Shown here piece after piece: positions 43,771-55,500 of a DNA stretch of 64,000 nt. The stretch comes from a phage: the sequence record PZ445134.1. One strand, given 5' to 3'. The first letter of the stretch is position 1; each line of letters opens with the position of its first letter. A program made the position numbers and the translations under genes. The notes below the pieces were generated by a model, which had not been told where the DNA came from, did not search any database, and saw only the letters and a list, made by a program, of their open reading frames with translations.

Positions 43771-46026
43771 TTAAAGCTTACAAGCAGAACAATCTTCAGC
43801 TTTAGGTGTTTCTAATTCATAGTCATCTGTGCCTGACCCATCACGAGTGTTATGATAGTAGAGGTTTTTTCCGCCAAAGTACCAGAAGTAAAGCAGATCG
43901 TCAAGCATTACCGACATTGGCACTTTACCTTTCTCAAATACTGCAGGGTCATAGTAAGTATTAGCAGAAGCAGATTGGCACACCCATTTCAACATGATAG
44001 CAACTTGGGTCAAATAAGGTTTATTACCTTTCTTAGCAAGTTTCCACGCGTAGTCGTAAAGATTCATGTTATGTTCGATATTAGGAACAACCTGTCGGAA
44101 GTTGCCTTCTTTAGATTCTTTAATACTTACTGGACCGCGTGGGGGCTCAATCCCGTTTGTAGAGTTTGATACTTGACTGCTTGACTCACATGGCATGAGT
44201 GCAGACAACGTCGAGTTACGAATTCCATGTTCTTTGAGTTCAGCTCGAAGTTCTTCCCAGTCACAGACGTAGTTCGGGGCTGCGATTTGGTCAATCTTTT
44301 TATTGTACCAGTCGATAGGTAATTCGCCTCTAGACCATTTAGTGTCTGAATAATACTCGCAAGGTCCTTTTTCTTTGGCGAGTTTGATTGAAGCTTTAAT
44401 AAGGCCATATTGCAATCTCTCAAACAATTCATGAGTCAAATCGTTAGCGTCTTCATATGAAGCAAAGTTAGAAGCTAACCATGCAGCATAGTTCGTCACA
44501 CCGACACCGAGATTTCGACGCTTTTTAGCTTTTAAAGCTTCTGGAACCGGATAATCTTGATAGTCTAACAGGTTATCAAGTGCACGTACTTGTACTTCAG
44601 CAAGTTCATTAATTTTATCTTGGTCTTGCCAATCAAATTTATCTAATACAAAAGCAGATAACGTGCATAAACCAATTTCAGCATCAGGACCATTCACATC
44701 ATTAGTTGGAATAGCGATTTCACAACATAAGTTACTCTGACGAATTGGAGCTTTTTCACGAATAAATGGAGTGTAGTTATTCGTGTTATCAACAAACTGT
44801 GGATAAATTCGAGCAGTACCAGAACGTTCAGTCATGAACAATTCAAAGAGTTCTAGTGCTTTGATTCTTTTCTTTCTGATTGTCGGGTCTTTTTCAGCTT
44901 TCTCATAAAGCTCACGGAATTTATCTTGATCTTCAAAGAACGAGTAGTATAGTTCGCCTGACATTTCGTGAGGGCTAAATAAAGTAATATAATCATTTTT
45001 ACCAAGGCGTTCCATCATGAGGTCATTAATCTGAATTCCGTAGTCCATATGTCGAATACGGTTTTCATCCACGCCTTTGTTATTTTTCAGAACTAATAGG
45101 TTCTCTACTTCTAAGTGCCACATCGGATAATACGCTGTAGCAGCACCACCACGAATACCACCTTGAGAACAAGATTTTACTGCAGTTTGGAAATGTTTCC
45201 AGAACGGAATAACACCCGTATGTCGAACTTCGCCCATACCGATCTTAGAACCTTCTGCACGAAGCATACCAACGTTGATACCGATACCAGCTCGTTTAGA
45301 AATATATTCAATAATTGATGCTGAAGTTTTGTTAATAGATTTTAACGAATCACCGGCTTCAATAACTACACAACTAGAGAACTGGCGAGTCGGAGTACGA
45401 GCACCTGCCATAATTGGGGTTGGCAATGAAACTTGATGAGTAGAAACGGCATCATAAAAACGAATAATATGTTTCAAACGGTCATGAGTTTCGTCTTGAT
45501 GTAAGGCCATACCAATAGCCATGATAGCAAACTGTGGAGTTTCATAAATCTTCCCAGTTGTTTTATCTTTAACTAGATATTTTTCTTTAAGCTGCATAGC
45601 ACCAGCATAAGTCAGGTCAAAGTCTCGTTCATGTTTAATCTGTGAATCGAGATAAATGATTTCTTCTGCTGAATATTGAGACAACAACTCAGGGTCGTAT
45701 TTACCTTCATTAACACAGTAAGAAATATGGTCGATAAAAGCAGGCGGTTCAAACTGCCCGTATACATCTTTACGAAGTGCAAACATTAATCCTTTAGCGG
45801 CGACATACTGATAATCAGGTTCTTCGACAGAAATCAAGTTAGCTGCAACTTTAATACAAATCTTCTGAATATCTTTGGTGCTCATCCCGTCGACAAGATG
45901 GGTTTTAATTTCTTCGTACAATTCATATGGGTCAATTTGTGTTCCTTCACATTGCCAAGTTAAAACTTGAATAATTTTCTGTGCATCAAAATTTTGGGAT
46001 ACCCCACTGCTCTTAATTACTTGCAT
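43771..46026 (-). CDS. nrdA: ribonucleotide reductase large subunit (class Ia)
   Basis: 751 aa; ATP-cone N-terminus, active-site NLCCEI region, C-terminal CxxC tail. Confidence 0.95.
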   Translation of the reverse strand: MQVIKSSGVSQNFDAQKIIQVLTWQCEGTQIDPYELYEEIKTHLVDGMSTKDIQKICIKVAANLISVEEPDYQYVAAKGLMFALRKDVYGQFEPPAFIDHISYCVNEGKYDPELLSQYSAEEIIYLDSQIKHERDFDLTYAGAMQLKEKYLVKDKTTGKIYETPQFAIMAIGMALHQDETHDRLKHIIRFYDAVSTHQVSLPTPIMAGARTPTRQFSSCVVIEAGDSLKSINKTSASIIEYISKRAGIGINVGMLRAEGSKIGMGEVRHTGVIPFWKHFQTAVKSCSQGGIRGGAATAYYPMWHLEVENLLVLKNNKGVDENRIRHMDYGIQINDLMMERLGKNDYITLFSPHEMSGELYYSFFEDQDKFRELYEKAEKDPTIRKKRIKALELFELFMTERSGTARIYPQFVDNTNNYTPFIREKAPIRQSNLCCEIAIPTNDVNGPDAEIGLCTLSAFVLDKFDWQDQDKINELAEVQVRALDNLLDYQDYPVPEALKAKKRRNLGVGVTNYAAWLASNFASYEDANDLTHELFERLQYGLIKASIKLAKEKGPCEYYSDTKWSRGELPIDWYNKKIDQIAAPNYVCDWEELRAELKEHGIRNSTLSALMPCESSSQVSNSTNGIEPPRGPVSIKESKEGNFRQVVPNIEHNMNLYDYAWKLAKKGNKPYLTQVAIMLKWVCQSASANTYYDPAVFEKGKVPMSVMLDDLLYFWYFGGKNLYYHNTRDGSGTDDYELETPKAEDCSACKL

Positions 46027-46113
46027 ATATTCCTCAGTATAGGTTGATAGACATTACTCCAAACGGGATAGTATTTATCCCGTTAATTTATTATACACTT
46101 TTAAACTGAAGCG

Positions 46114-46368
46114 TTAATTATCATCAGCAATAATTTCTTTGTATTCTTTAGGTGTCAAGACTGTGATATCGAAATAAACCAATGGTTCTTTTTCTATACC
46201 GTAACCACCACAAAATTCACGATATTCATAAATTCGTTCGTGTGAATAGCAAATAAATCGTTCACCTTTAACTGTGATTTCACTATTCGGTGAAGGGATA
46301 TCCAGTTCACTTGGATTTTTCATTTCAAAAATTGTGGTGCCATATGAATTAATAAAACGTAAAATCAT
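46114..46368 (-). CDS. hypothetical protein
   Basis: 84-aa ORF between td and nrdA. Confidence 0.5.
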   Translation of the reverse strand: MILRFINSYGTTIFEMKNPSELDIPSPNSEITVKGERFICYSHERIYEYREFCGGYGIEKEPLVYFDITVLTPKEYKEIIADDN

Positions 46369-47229
46369 TTATACCGCCATTTTAGCTTTGATAGTTGGAT
46401 GAGATTCGTAATTTTTAAGAACGAAATCAGAATGTGTCATCGTTCCAGTAACCCAGTCCATTTGGATTTTTGTAGGCCAATTCTCAAAATTACTAGGCCA
46501 ATTAATTTCAAGAGAACATAGCTCTTTAGGTTCACGACGAAGAACTTCTTTGCATTGTTCTACATGATTGCTGTAGATATGCGTGTTGCCGCCTGAGAAC
46601 ACTAAATCACCCGGGATAAGGTTACACATCTTCGCTACAATATGAGTCAAGGCAGCGTACGAGGCAATGTTGAACGGCAGGCCCAAGAAAACATCTACAC
46701 TGCGTTGATACCATTGTAAATCAAGATGACCATTACGCACATTAAATTGATAGAACATATGACAAGGAGGAAGAGCCATTTGGTCAATTTCGGCCGGGTT
46801 CCATGCAGAAACTATTTGACGACGATCATTAGGAAGAGCTTTAATACGGTCGATAGTTTTGACCAATTGGTCTACACCGCCGAAATCACGCCATTGCTTA
46901 CCATAAATAGGACCAAGTTCGCCGCTATGATATCCAAGGTCTTTTGCCTGATTTTCATAGTTGTCGTCCCAAATAGTTTTACCTTGAATAAGACTACCAT
47001 GAGTACGAATACGCAAATCATTAACATTGGTAGAACCAGACATGAACCACAGCAACTCAGCAATACAAGCTTTCCATGCTAATTTCTTAGTTGTTACTGC
47101 AGGAAATCCTTTAGTAAGGTCCCATCTCAATTTAGTTCCGAATAGAGCAATAGTGCCGGTACCTGTACGGTCGTCTGTTTCATAGCCATTTTCTAAGATA
47201 TCTTTAATCAAATCTTGATATTGTTTCAT
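46369..47229 (-). CDS. td: thymidylate synthase, uninterrupted
   Basis: 286 aa continuous ORF; catalytic region PPCHMFYQF. Confidence 0.95.
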   Translation of the reverse strand: MKQYQDLIKDILENGYETDDRTGTGTIALFGTKLRWDLTKGFPAVTTKKLAWKACIAELLWFMSGSTNVNDLRIRTHGSLIQGKTIWDDNYENQAKDLGYHSGELGPIYGKQWRDFGGVDQLVKTIDRIKALPNDRRQIVSAWNPAEIDQMALPPCHMFYQFNVRNGHLDLQWYQRSVDVFLGLPFNIASYAALTHIVAKMCNLIPGDLVFSGGNTHIYSNHVEQCKEVLRREPKELCSLEINWPSNFENWPTKIQMDWVTGTMTHSDFVLKNYESHPTIKAKMAV

Positions 47230-47244
47230 TTAACACCTATATAA

Positions 47245-48442
<1,198 letters not shown>

Positions 48443-48455
48443 TTTTATTTGATAG

Positions 48456-48489
48456 GGCTACTATAACATAGCCCTATCTTGTTATAAAC
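48456..48489 (-). promoter_or_regulatory. sigma70-type early promoter with hairpin overlapping the -10 region
   Basis: + strand tagggctactataacatagcccta (8-bp inverted repeat) and gttataaac. Confidence 0.35.
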
Positions 48490-48881
48490 TACTTTTTAAA
48501 AGTTTTTTGCAAAAGTTTGATGATTTCGTCGACGTTGGTTTCATCTACGATACAATGGATTTTTGTTACACCTAAAGCTATACCTTTGTTAGTAGATTGA
48601 GGCTTTACTAAATCTACCTCAGTAAAGTATTTGAACTCGTCAGGATAAATCTCAAAATAAGTTTCAATTTCACCACCGGCAGAACATACAGTACCGTCTT
48701 CCATAGTTACACTTACTACGTTTGACGTATCGCTATCATAATCAGGTTCCATTCCGTTTACAACAAAACTAGGCCCGTGGAGTTCAATCAATTTTAACAT
48801 CTTAGCGTTATTGTGTGGTGCTTCTTGAACAAAGTCGTCTTTAAACAAAGGGTTAATGATATAAGATTTTCCAATTTCCAT
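48489..48881 (-). CDS. hypothetical protein
   Basis: start chosen at MEIGKSYIINP to avoid overlap with the upstream ORF. Confidence 0.5.
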   Translation of the reverse strand: MEIGKSYIINPLFKDDFVQEAPHNNAKMLKLIELHGPSFVVNGMEPDYDSDTSNVVSVTMEDGTVCSAGGEIETYFEIYPDEFKYFTEVDLVKPQSTNKGIALGVTKIHCIVDETNVDEIIKLLQKTFKK

Positions 48882-48891
48882 TTTGATTTCC

Positions 48892-49143
48892 TCATTTGTT
48901 GATGTGTTGTAATAAAGATTCTGCAAACATCTCATATGATTCCAGGTGTTCTTCTTTAATGCGAACTGCATGATTATCACCCGAAGAATAGAACATCTGT
49001 ACGATAAGAGCTTCGTAATCAGACGAAATACATGCTACGTTTTCCGGCTTCAGGCATTCATTGTATGTAGCAACCGGGTCAGTGAAAGCTGCAACGTTTT
49101 TGCTACCGCAGTAATCCATACTTCTTTGAATAATAAAAATCAT
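48892..49143 (-). CDS. hypothetical protein
   Basis: 83-aa ORF with early promoter upstream. Confidence 0.5.
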   Translation of the reverse strand: MIFIIQRSMDYCGSKNVAAFTDPVATYNECLKPENVACISSDYEALIVQMFYSSGDNHAVRIKEEHLESYEMFAESLLQHINK

Positions 49144-49171
49144 TTTATTTTCCTCTCATTTGTTGATAAGT

Positions 49172-49202
49172 CTATAGTATCATGTTTAAATGAAAAGTAA
49201 AC
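49172..49202 (-). promoter_or_regulatory. sigma70-type early promoter
   Basis: + strand ctatagtatca ... gtaaac. Confidence 0.45.
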
Positions 49203-49233
49203 AACTTTTTCAGCAATTTACAGATACTCAAAA

Positions 49234-49251
49234 GGGAGACCGAAGTCTCCC
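49234..49251 (-). terminator. UUCG-tetraloop hairpin downstream of gene 32
   Basis: gggagaccgaagtctccc reads GGGAGAC-UUCG-GUCUCCC on the - strand, then U-tract. Confidence 0.55.
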
Positions 49252-49257
49252 AATTTA

Positions 49258-50157
49258 TTATAGACCAGCTAACAGGTCATCGAGGTCGCCATCGTCAGAA
49301 GACGAGGAACTCATGAAGTCATCTTCAGTTTTTGCAGAACTAAAGGCTTCCATGTCTTTATCAAAATCGTCAAGGTCAGAAGCAACTTTATCAGCAACAG
49401 AAGCTGCTGCGGCTGCTGCACCACCAAGAGCGGCAGTACCAAGAACTTGTTTAAATTTAGTATTCAATTCTTCAAACGATTTGAACTTATCTTTAGAAGT
49501 CATTTCAGAAAGGTCAACCATTTGTTCGAACAATTCTTTCTGGAAAGATTCATCATCAATGTTTGGAATCGCAGATTGATTCAGGAATTTAGATTCGTCG
49601 TAATTACTGAAACCAGAAACCTGTTTAACTTTCAGCACAAAGTTAGCACCTTCCCATGGGCAAGTTACATCAACAGGAGTTTCACCCATTTCGGTATCGA
49701 CTGCAATCATTGCATTGATTTTGTCCCAAATCTTTTTACCAAAACGGTATTTGAATACTTTACCTTCATTATCTGGAGCTTGTGGGTCTTTAACAACCAG
49801 GATATTAGCCCAATAAGAAGTTTTACGTTTCAGTTGAGAATATTCTGTTTTGTTTGTATTGTACAGATCATTTTTACTAATGTACTGACATACCGGACAA
49901 GAGTCATAATCGCCGTGTGTAGATGAACAGGTTTCAATATACCATTTGCCGTTTTTCTTGAACCCGTGGTTAACAAGAATTGCAAACGGAAGTGCGTCAT
50001 CTGTTTTTGCCGGCAGGAAACGAATTACCGCTTGACCATTACCGGATGCATCGAGTTTCAGCTTCCATTCACCTTTATCTTCTGAAGAGAAACCTTTGTT
50101 ACCATTCAGTTTAGCCATCTGAGCTGCGAGGTCTGCGGTACTTTTACGTTTAAACAT
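49258..50157 (-). CDS. 32: single-stranded DNA-binding protein
   Basis: 299 aa; zinc-binding region and acidic Ser/Asp-rich C-terminal tail; recognisably T4 gp32. Confidence 0.95.
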   Translation of the reverse strand: MFKRKSTADLAAQMAKLNGNKGFSSEDKGEWKLKLDASGNGQAVIRFLPAKTDDALPFAILVNHGFKKNGKWYIETCSSTHGDYDSCPVCQYISKNDLYNTNKTEYSQLKRKTSYWANILVVKDPQAPDNEGKVFKYRFGKKIWDKINAMIAVDTEMGETPVDVTCPWEGANFVLKVKQVSGFSNYDESKFLNQSAIPNIDDESFQKELFEQMVDLSEMTSKDKFKSFEELNTKFKQVLGTAALGGAAAAAASVADKVASDLDDFDKDMEAFSSAKTEDDFMSSSSSDDGDLDDLLAGL

Positions 50158-50230
50158 TTTATTTGCCTTTATTTAGATTATTAATTAAATTTTACAGTTG
50201 GTTGCTACGACACTTATACCTCGTAGCTGG
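50158..50230 (-). promoter_or_regulatory. gene 32 mRNA leader: hairpin/pseudoknot-like element followed by unstructured A/U-rich tract (autogenous translational operator)
   Basis: - strand GCUACGA-GGUAUAAGUG-UCGUAGC hairpin, then repeated UAAA/UUAA elements before the AUG. Confidence 0.5.
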
Positions 50231-50237
50231 TATGTTT

Positions 50238-50245
50238 TATTTATA
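50238..50245 (-). promoter_or_regulatory. late promoter TATAAATA upstream of gene 32
   Basis: + strand tatttata. Confidence 0.5.
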
Positions 50246-50274
50246 CGGTAATTCTACCACACAAGAAATAAAGC

Positions 50275-50928
50275 TTAATACTTACATGATTTGATTGTTT
50301 CTATGAACAATTTCTTAGCAGCATTTCCATCGATTTGAAGTATTTTTCGATACGCCTTTAATTTGGTAGAATAATTTTGCCAGACTAAGTTATCGGTGAG
50401 TTCGTCGTGCTTATCTATAATATTCAAAAATGAGTCCAACAATAAGAAAGTCTCAAATGAAATTATATTGCTTTGTAGCAATTTGAATATGTAGCTCGAC
50501 TGAACGTTGTTATTATAATCAAATATCTCTTGAAGCGCACTAACTTCAACTTTCTTACTGAAATAGTAGATGTTACGTACGTCTTCAGCAAACGTCTCCT
50601 TGGCTTGTTTGAGACGTCCAATATATTCCCTATAGAAAACTAATGCATCAGCGTCTGATATCTCACCAATCCATGCGTCTTGGTTAGCAACTAAGTTGCT
50701 TATGAATATCAAGGTGAGTTCCTTCAATTTATATTTCTCTGCTAGTTTTTCAAAGAAATATTTATCTCGGCGTTTTTGATACGCATTATCCGAAACACGC
50801 ATGCACCAGTTATATTTGATTACGTCATACCGACCACCAAAGTGGTTTTTGCACATCAAATATAGTTTGTATACCGATTTTCCGTTAATATAACGTTCTC
50901 CGTCAGGAGGCATGCGTATTTTAATCAT
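50275..50928 (-). CDS. 59: helicase loader
   Basis: 217 aa, T4 gp59 size and position. Confidence 0.85.
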   Translation of the reverse strand: MIKIRMPPDGERYINGKSVYKLYLMCKNHFGGRYDVIKYNWCMRVSDNAYQKRRDKYFFEKLAEKYKLKELTLIFISNLVANQDAWIGEISDADALVFYREYIGRLKQAKETFAEDVRNIYYFSKKVEVSALQEIFDYNNNVQSSYIFKLLQSNIISFETFLLLDSFLNIIDKHDELTDNLVWQNYSTKLKAYRKILQIDGNAAKKLFIETIKSCKY

Positions 50929-51263
50929 AATAAGAAATCTAACGTATTAGTTTTTTCACCACGAGCAACTGATGGGCGAAGCATGTTTTCGTCAATTGCT
51001 TCGCTTGTAATTTTTTCAACAATTCCTGTAGGAATAAATTTAGCAAATTGTGTTTCTGGAATAGAATTTTCTTCCAAGAAAGCAGTTGTTGCTTCTAAAT
51101 AAGACATACCAAATTGTTCAACCATGGATTCGATAATGAATCCGTTTTCTTGTCGGTCAAGCAATTTAGCGATATCATCTTTATCGTGTTTTACTGCTAA
51201 TTCTTGTTCAGATAAACCGGCCTCATCAACCGGCTTAATATCACTTAGTGAAAACTGTGTCAT
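50925..51263 (-). CDS. 33: late transcription co-activator
   Basis: 112 aa, T4 gp33 size and position. Confidence 0.8.
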   Translation of the reverse strand: MTQFSLSDIKPVDEAGLSEQELAVKHDKDDIAKLLDRQENGFIIESMVEQFGMSYLEATTAFLEENSIPETQFAKFIPTGIVEKITSEAIDENMLRPSVARGEKTNTLDFLL

Positions 51264-51510
51264 AAAGCTCGACTACCTCTTCGTTTTCAGCTTCAAATTG
51301 GTCACGAGCGTCTTTATGATAAAGAGCTAACAAACGATTAAACATTTTTCCATCGACGCCAAGCTCTTCTTTAGCACGAGTACGAATGTCTTTAATCAGT
51401 TCATTATAACCAGAAATTTTAAGTTTGTTATCGGAAGCTTCCTTGACTAGTTTAGCCAGTTCTTCACCATGCACATCTTGATTAAATTCAACTGCTTCTT
51501 TCTTAGCCAT
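51241..51510 (-). CDS. dsbA: double-stranded DNA-binding protein
   Basis: 89 aa from MAKKEAVEF; T4 DsbA size and position. Confidence 0.75.
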   Translation of the reverse strand: MAKKEAVEFNQDVHGEELAKLVKEASDNKLKISGYNELIKDIRTRAKEELGVDGKMFNRLLALYHKDARDQFEAENEEVVELYDTVFTK

Positions 51511-51517
51511 GTTTACC

Positions 51518-52435
51518 TCAGAATTCATTAATTACACTTGTTAATTTAGAAAGACCAGATTTTACAAAGTATGAATAAATCTTGCCTTTAGGTTGTTGTT
51601 TATATGAGTTATAATACTCTATAATGGTTGAAGCAATATTATCAGGGATATAATCAAAATCAATGAGAACCAAATTTTCTTGGTACCGTTTATATTCTTC
51701 TGCACTTAATAATACTTCAGCTTGAGAACGGTCGTTGGCAATTGCTTCAATGATCGTTGTTTTCATGCTCGGAGTTCGTTCGCCTTCAACTCGAGTAAAC
51801 CAGAAATCACCACGAACTCGAACAGACGCAACACCATCTTTACGGTCACCTTTAAGAATTTTAGTCATGCAATCAATTTCGGCAGAACCGTTCTTAATTT
51901 TAACCCATTTTTTCTGTGGTGGCGACCACTGTTTAACGTTAGGATATTTGTGTAATTGTGTAAAGTCACCATCTGATGCAACAATACATACCTTATGTCC
52001 AGCTAATGACAAATATTTAGTTAATACACCGATATGGTCATCCGCTTCATACTTGTCAATATCCATTACAACGTATGGCATGTATTTCTTAATCTCATCA
52101 ACAACTTGACGGAGCGCAGTAAAATATCCTTCCCAATCCCACTTTGAAGCTTCACGATCGGTTTTACGATTTTTCTTGTAATAGTAAGCAAAGTCACGAC
52201 GCCAATAACCTGAAGTAGCATTATCCATACACAATACAAATTTTGTATAGCCTTGCTTACGGAACATCACTACGTTTTTACGAATTGAATTCAAGATTAC
52301 ATGGCGAACCATTGGAACGGTAATTTTATCACCATCTTCAAAGTTGTTTAATGCAGCTGCCAATGCAATGTTACTAAAGTCTGCAAGCGCAATACCTTCT
52401 TTGTAATCTTCATCCAACATCATTTCTAAATCCAT
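51518..52435 (-). CDS. rnh: RNase H (FEN-family 5'-3' exonuclease)
   Basis: 305 aa; acidic metal-binding clusters typical of FEN nucleases; T4 rnh position. Confidence 0.88.
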   Translation of the reverse strand: MDLEMMLDEDYKEGIALADFSNIALAAALNNFEDGDKITVPMVRHVILNSIRKNVVMFRKQGYTKFVLCMDNATSGYWRRDFAYYYKKNRKTDREASKWDWEGYFTALRQVVDEIKKYMPYVVMDIDKYEADDHIGVLTKYLSLAGHKVCIVASDGDFTQLHKYPNVKQWSPPQKKWVKIKNGSAEIDCMTKILKGDRKDGVASVRVRGDFWFTRVEGERTPSMKTTIIEAIANDRSQAEVLLSAEEYKRYQENLVLIDFDYIPDNIASTIIEYYNSYKQQPKGKIYSYFVKSGLSKLTSVINEF

Positions 52436-52513
52436 ATGAACCTCTTGTTCAGTTAGTCAACTTAGACCATAGTAACATACTAGTTCGAAAGCGTAAATAG
52501 TCTTTTACTCATT

Positions 52514-52521
52514 TATAAATA
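52514..52521 (+). promoter_or_regulatory. late promoter TATAAATA for gene 34
   Basis: exact TATAAATA 35 nt upstream of the ATG. Confidence 0.6.
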
Positions 52522-52555
52522 GTAAAATAGAACACATAATGATAAGAGGACTACC

Positions 52556-55500
52556 ATGGTTGACATCAAACGTAAGTTCAGGGCCGAAGATGGTCTTGAC
52601 GCAGGCGGTGATAAGATAGTTAACGTTGCGCTTGCTGACCGCACAGTTGGCACCGATGGCGTGAACGTTGACTTTTTGGTGCAAGAAAACACCGTACAGA
52701 ATTATGACGAGACGCGCGCGTATACAAAAGATTTTATTGTTCTTTATGATAATCGTTTTTATCAAGCTTTAAGCGATATTCCAGCTCCGGCAGGCCCTTT
52801 CTCTTTGGCTAAATGGAAGGCAACTCGTACAGATGCAGAATGGATTACAGTTCAAGGCGGAGATTTCCAATTATCAGTAGGTAACTCTATTGCGGTTGAT
52901 ACTTCAGCTGGCACTGATATTAATTTCACTTTGCCTCAAAATCCTTTAGATGGCGATACAGTTATTTTGTCTGATATTGGCGGTAGAGTAGGCTATGTAA
53001 AAGTTCAAATTACTGCAGCGGCTCAAAGTATTGTAAACTTTAGAGGACAACAGGTTCGTTCAGTTTTAATGACGCACCCAAAATCTAAAATGGTCTTCAT
53101 TTTTAGCAACCGCCTATGGCAAATGTATGTTTCTGATTACGAACGTAATGCAGTCACAGTAACTCCTGCTAAGCCATATCAAGCACAACCTAACGATTTT
53201 ATCATTCGACATTTTACATCAGCCGCTCCTATTAATATTACATTGCCTCGTAATGCTAATAATGGCGATATTATTAATTTAGTGGATTTAGACAAATTAA
53301 ACCCATTATATCACACAATTGTCAAAACTTACGATGATACAACTTCTATACGAGAAGCTGGTGTTCATGTAGCAGAAGGACGTAATACTGCGGAAGCATT
53401 CTTTGTTTATGATTCTGCCAATAGTTTATGGCGTGTTTGGGAAGGTGACCAGAAATCTCGTTTACGTATAGTTCGTAATGATACTGATTTACGCCCTAAT
53501 GAAGAAGTTCTTGTTTTTGGAACTGATAATAATACAATCTCGACGGTAAATCTTACTTTGCCTACAGATATTTTGTCTGGCGATACTGTTAAAATATCGT
53601 TGAATTATATGCGTAAAGGGCAAACTGTAAAAATTAAAGCTGCTGAAGGCGATACAATTGCTAGCAGTATTTCTTTATTACAGTTCCCAAAACGTTCTGA
53701 GTATCCACCTGATGCACAATGGGTTTCTGTTAGTGAGCTGGAATTTAATGGTGATACTTCGTATGTACCTGTACTTGAGTTATCTTATATAGAAGATTAT
53801 TCATCTGAAACAAAATATTGGGTAGTTCAACAAAACACCGTAACCGTCGAACGAGTCGATGCATCTAGCAATAACACTCGAGCTCGTTTAGGTGTTATTG
53901 CTCTTGCTTCTCAAGAGCAAGCAAATGTCGATTTAGAAAATGCTCCTGGTAAAGAACTGGCTATTACTCCTGAAACATTAGCAAATCGTACAGCAACTGA
54001 AACTCGTCGTGGTATTGCTCGTATTGCAACAACTGCACAAGTTAACCAGAATACCGATTTTGCATTCCAAGACGACTTGATTATTTCTCCTAAGAAATTG
54101 AACGAACGTACAGCAACTGAAACCCGTAGAGGTGTTGCTGAAGTTGCAACTCAGGCTGAAACTAATGCTGGAACAGATGACACCACTATTATTACTCCTA
54201 AGAAATTGGATGCCCGTCAAGGTTCTGAAGTTTTATCCGGTATTGTAAAATACACATCTACGACTGGTACTACAGCTGCTACTATTCGCGGTAATGCTGG
54301 GACTAACGTTTATAACAAAGCCGTAGATAATTTAACTATTTCTCCAAAGGCTCTTGACCAGTATAAAGCTACCCCTACTCAGCAGGGTGCAGTAATTCTT
54401 GCTATTGAAAGTGAAGTTATCGCTGGCGAATCACAAGCCGGTTGGGCTAATGCTGTAGTGACCCCTGAAACTCTGCATAAGAAAACTTCTACTGATGGAC
54501 GTATTGGTTTAATTGAAATTGCTACGCAAGCAGAAACTAACACTGGAACTGATTATACTAGAGCAGTAACGCCTAAGACGTTAAATGATAGGAAAGCTAC
54601 GGAAGGATTATCTGGCATAGCCGAAATTGCTACGCAAGTTGAATTTGATACTGGAACTGACGATACTCGTATCTCGTCTCCACTGAAAATTAAAACTCAT
54701 TTTGATTCTTCTGACCGTACCAGTGTTAATTCTGATTCCGGACTTATTGAAGAAGGAACCTTGTGGAACCATTATACTCTTGATATTTCTAAAGCAAATG
54801 AAACACAACGCGGTACACTTCGCGTAGCGACCCAGGCAGAATCTAATGCAGGAACTTTAGATGATGTTCTTATTACTCCTAAAAAGCTTTTAGGGACTAA
54901 GTCCACTGAAACGTCTGAAGGCGTGATTAAGGTTGCTACTCAGGCTGAAACTGTAACAGGAACTTCTGCTAATACTGCTGTATCACCTAAGAATTTAAAA
55001 TGGATTGTTCAATCAGAACCATCATGGACTGCTACTACGGCAATTCGTGGATTCGTTAAAACTTCATCTGGTTCTATTACATTTGTCGGTGACGATACTC
55101 AAGGTAATACCCAGGATTTGAATCTTTATGAGAAAAATAGTTATGCTATTTCTCCATATGAATTAAACCGTGTACTTGCTAACTACTTACCGTTGAAAGC
55201 TAAAGCAGCTGATAGTAATTTGTTAGATGGTCTAGATTCTCTTCAGTTCATCCGTAGAGACATCGACCAGACGGTTAATGGTTCTTTAAGTTTTACTAAA
55301 CAGACCAACCTGAGTGCTCCTTTAGTATCTACAAGCACTGCTTCTTTTGGTTCCGAAGCATCTGTTACTCGTAGATTAACTCTTAATGACTCTAGCGGTT
55401 CCGAAATAATTTTCACTAAAGGAACCCAATCTCTTAGTAATAAAGAGAATTTCGTTGTTAGAGCATGGGGTAATAGCGCTACAGATGGTGCCCGTGATAC

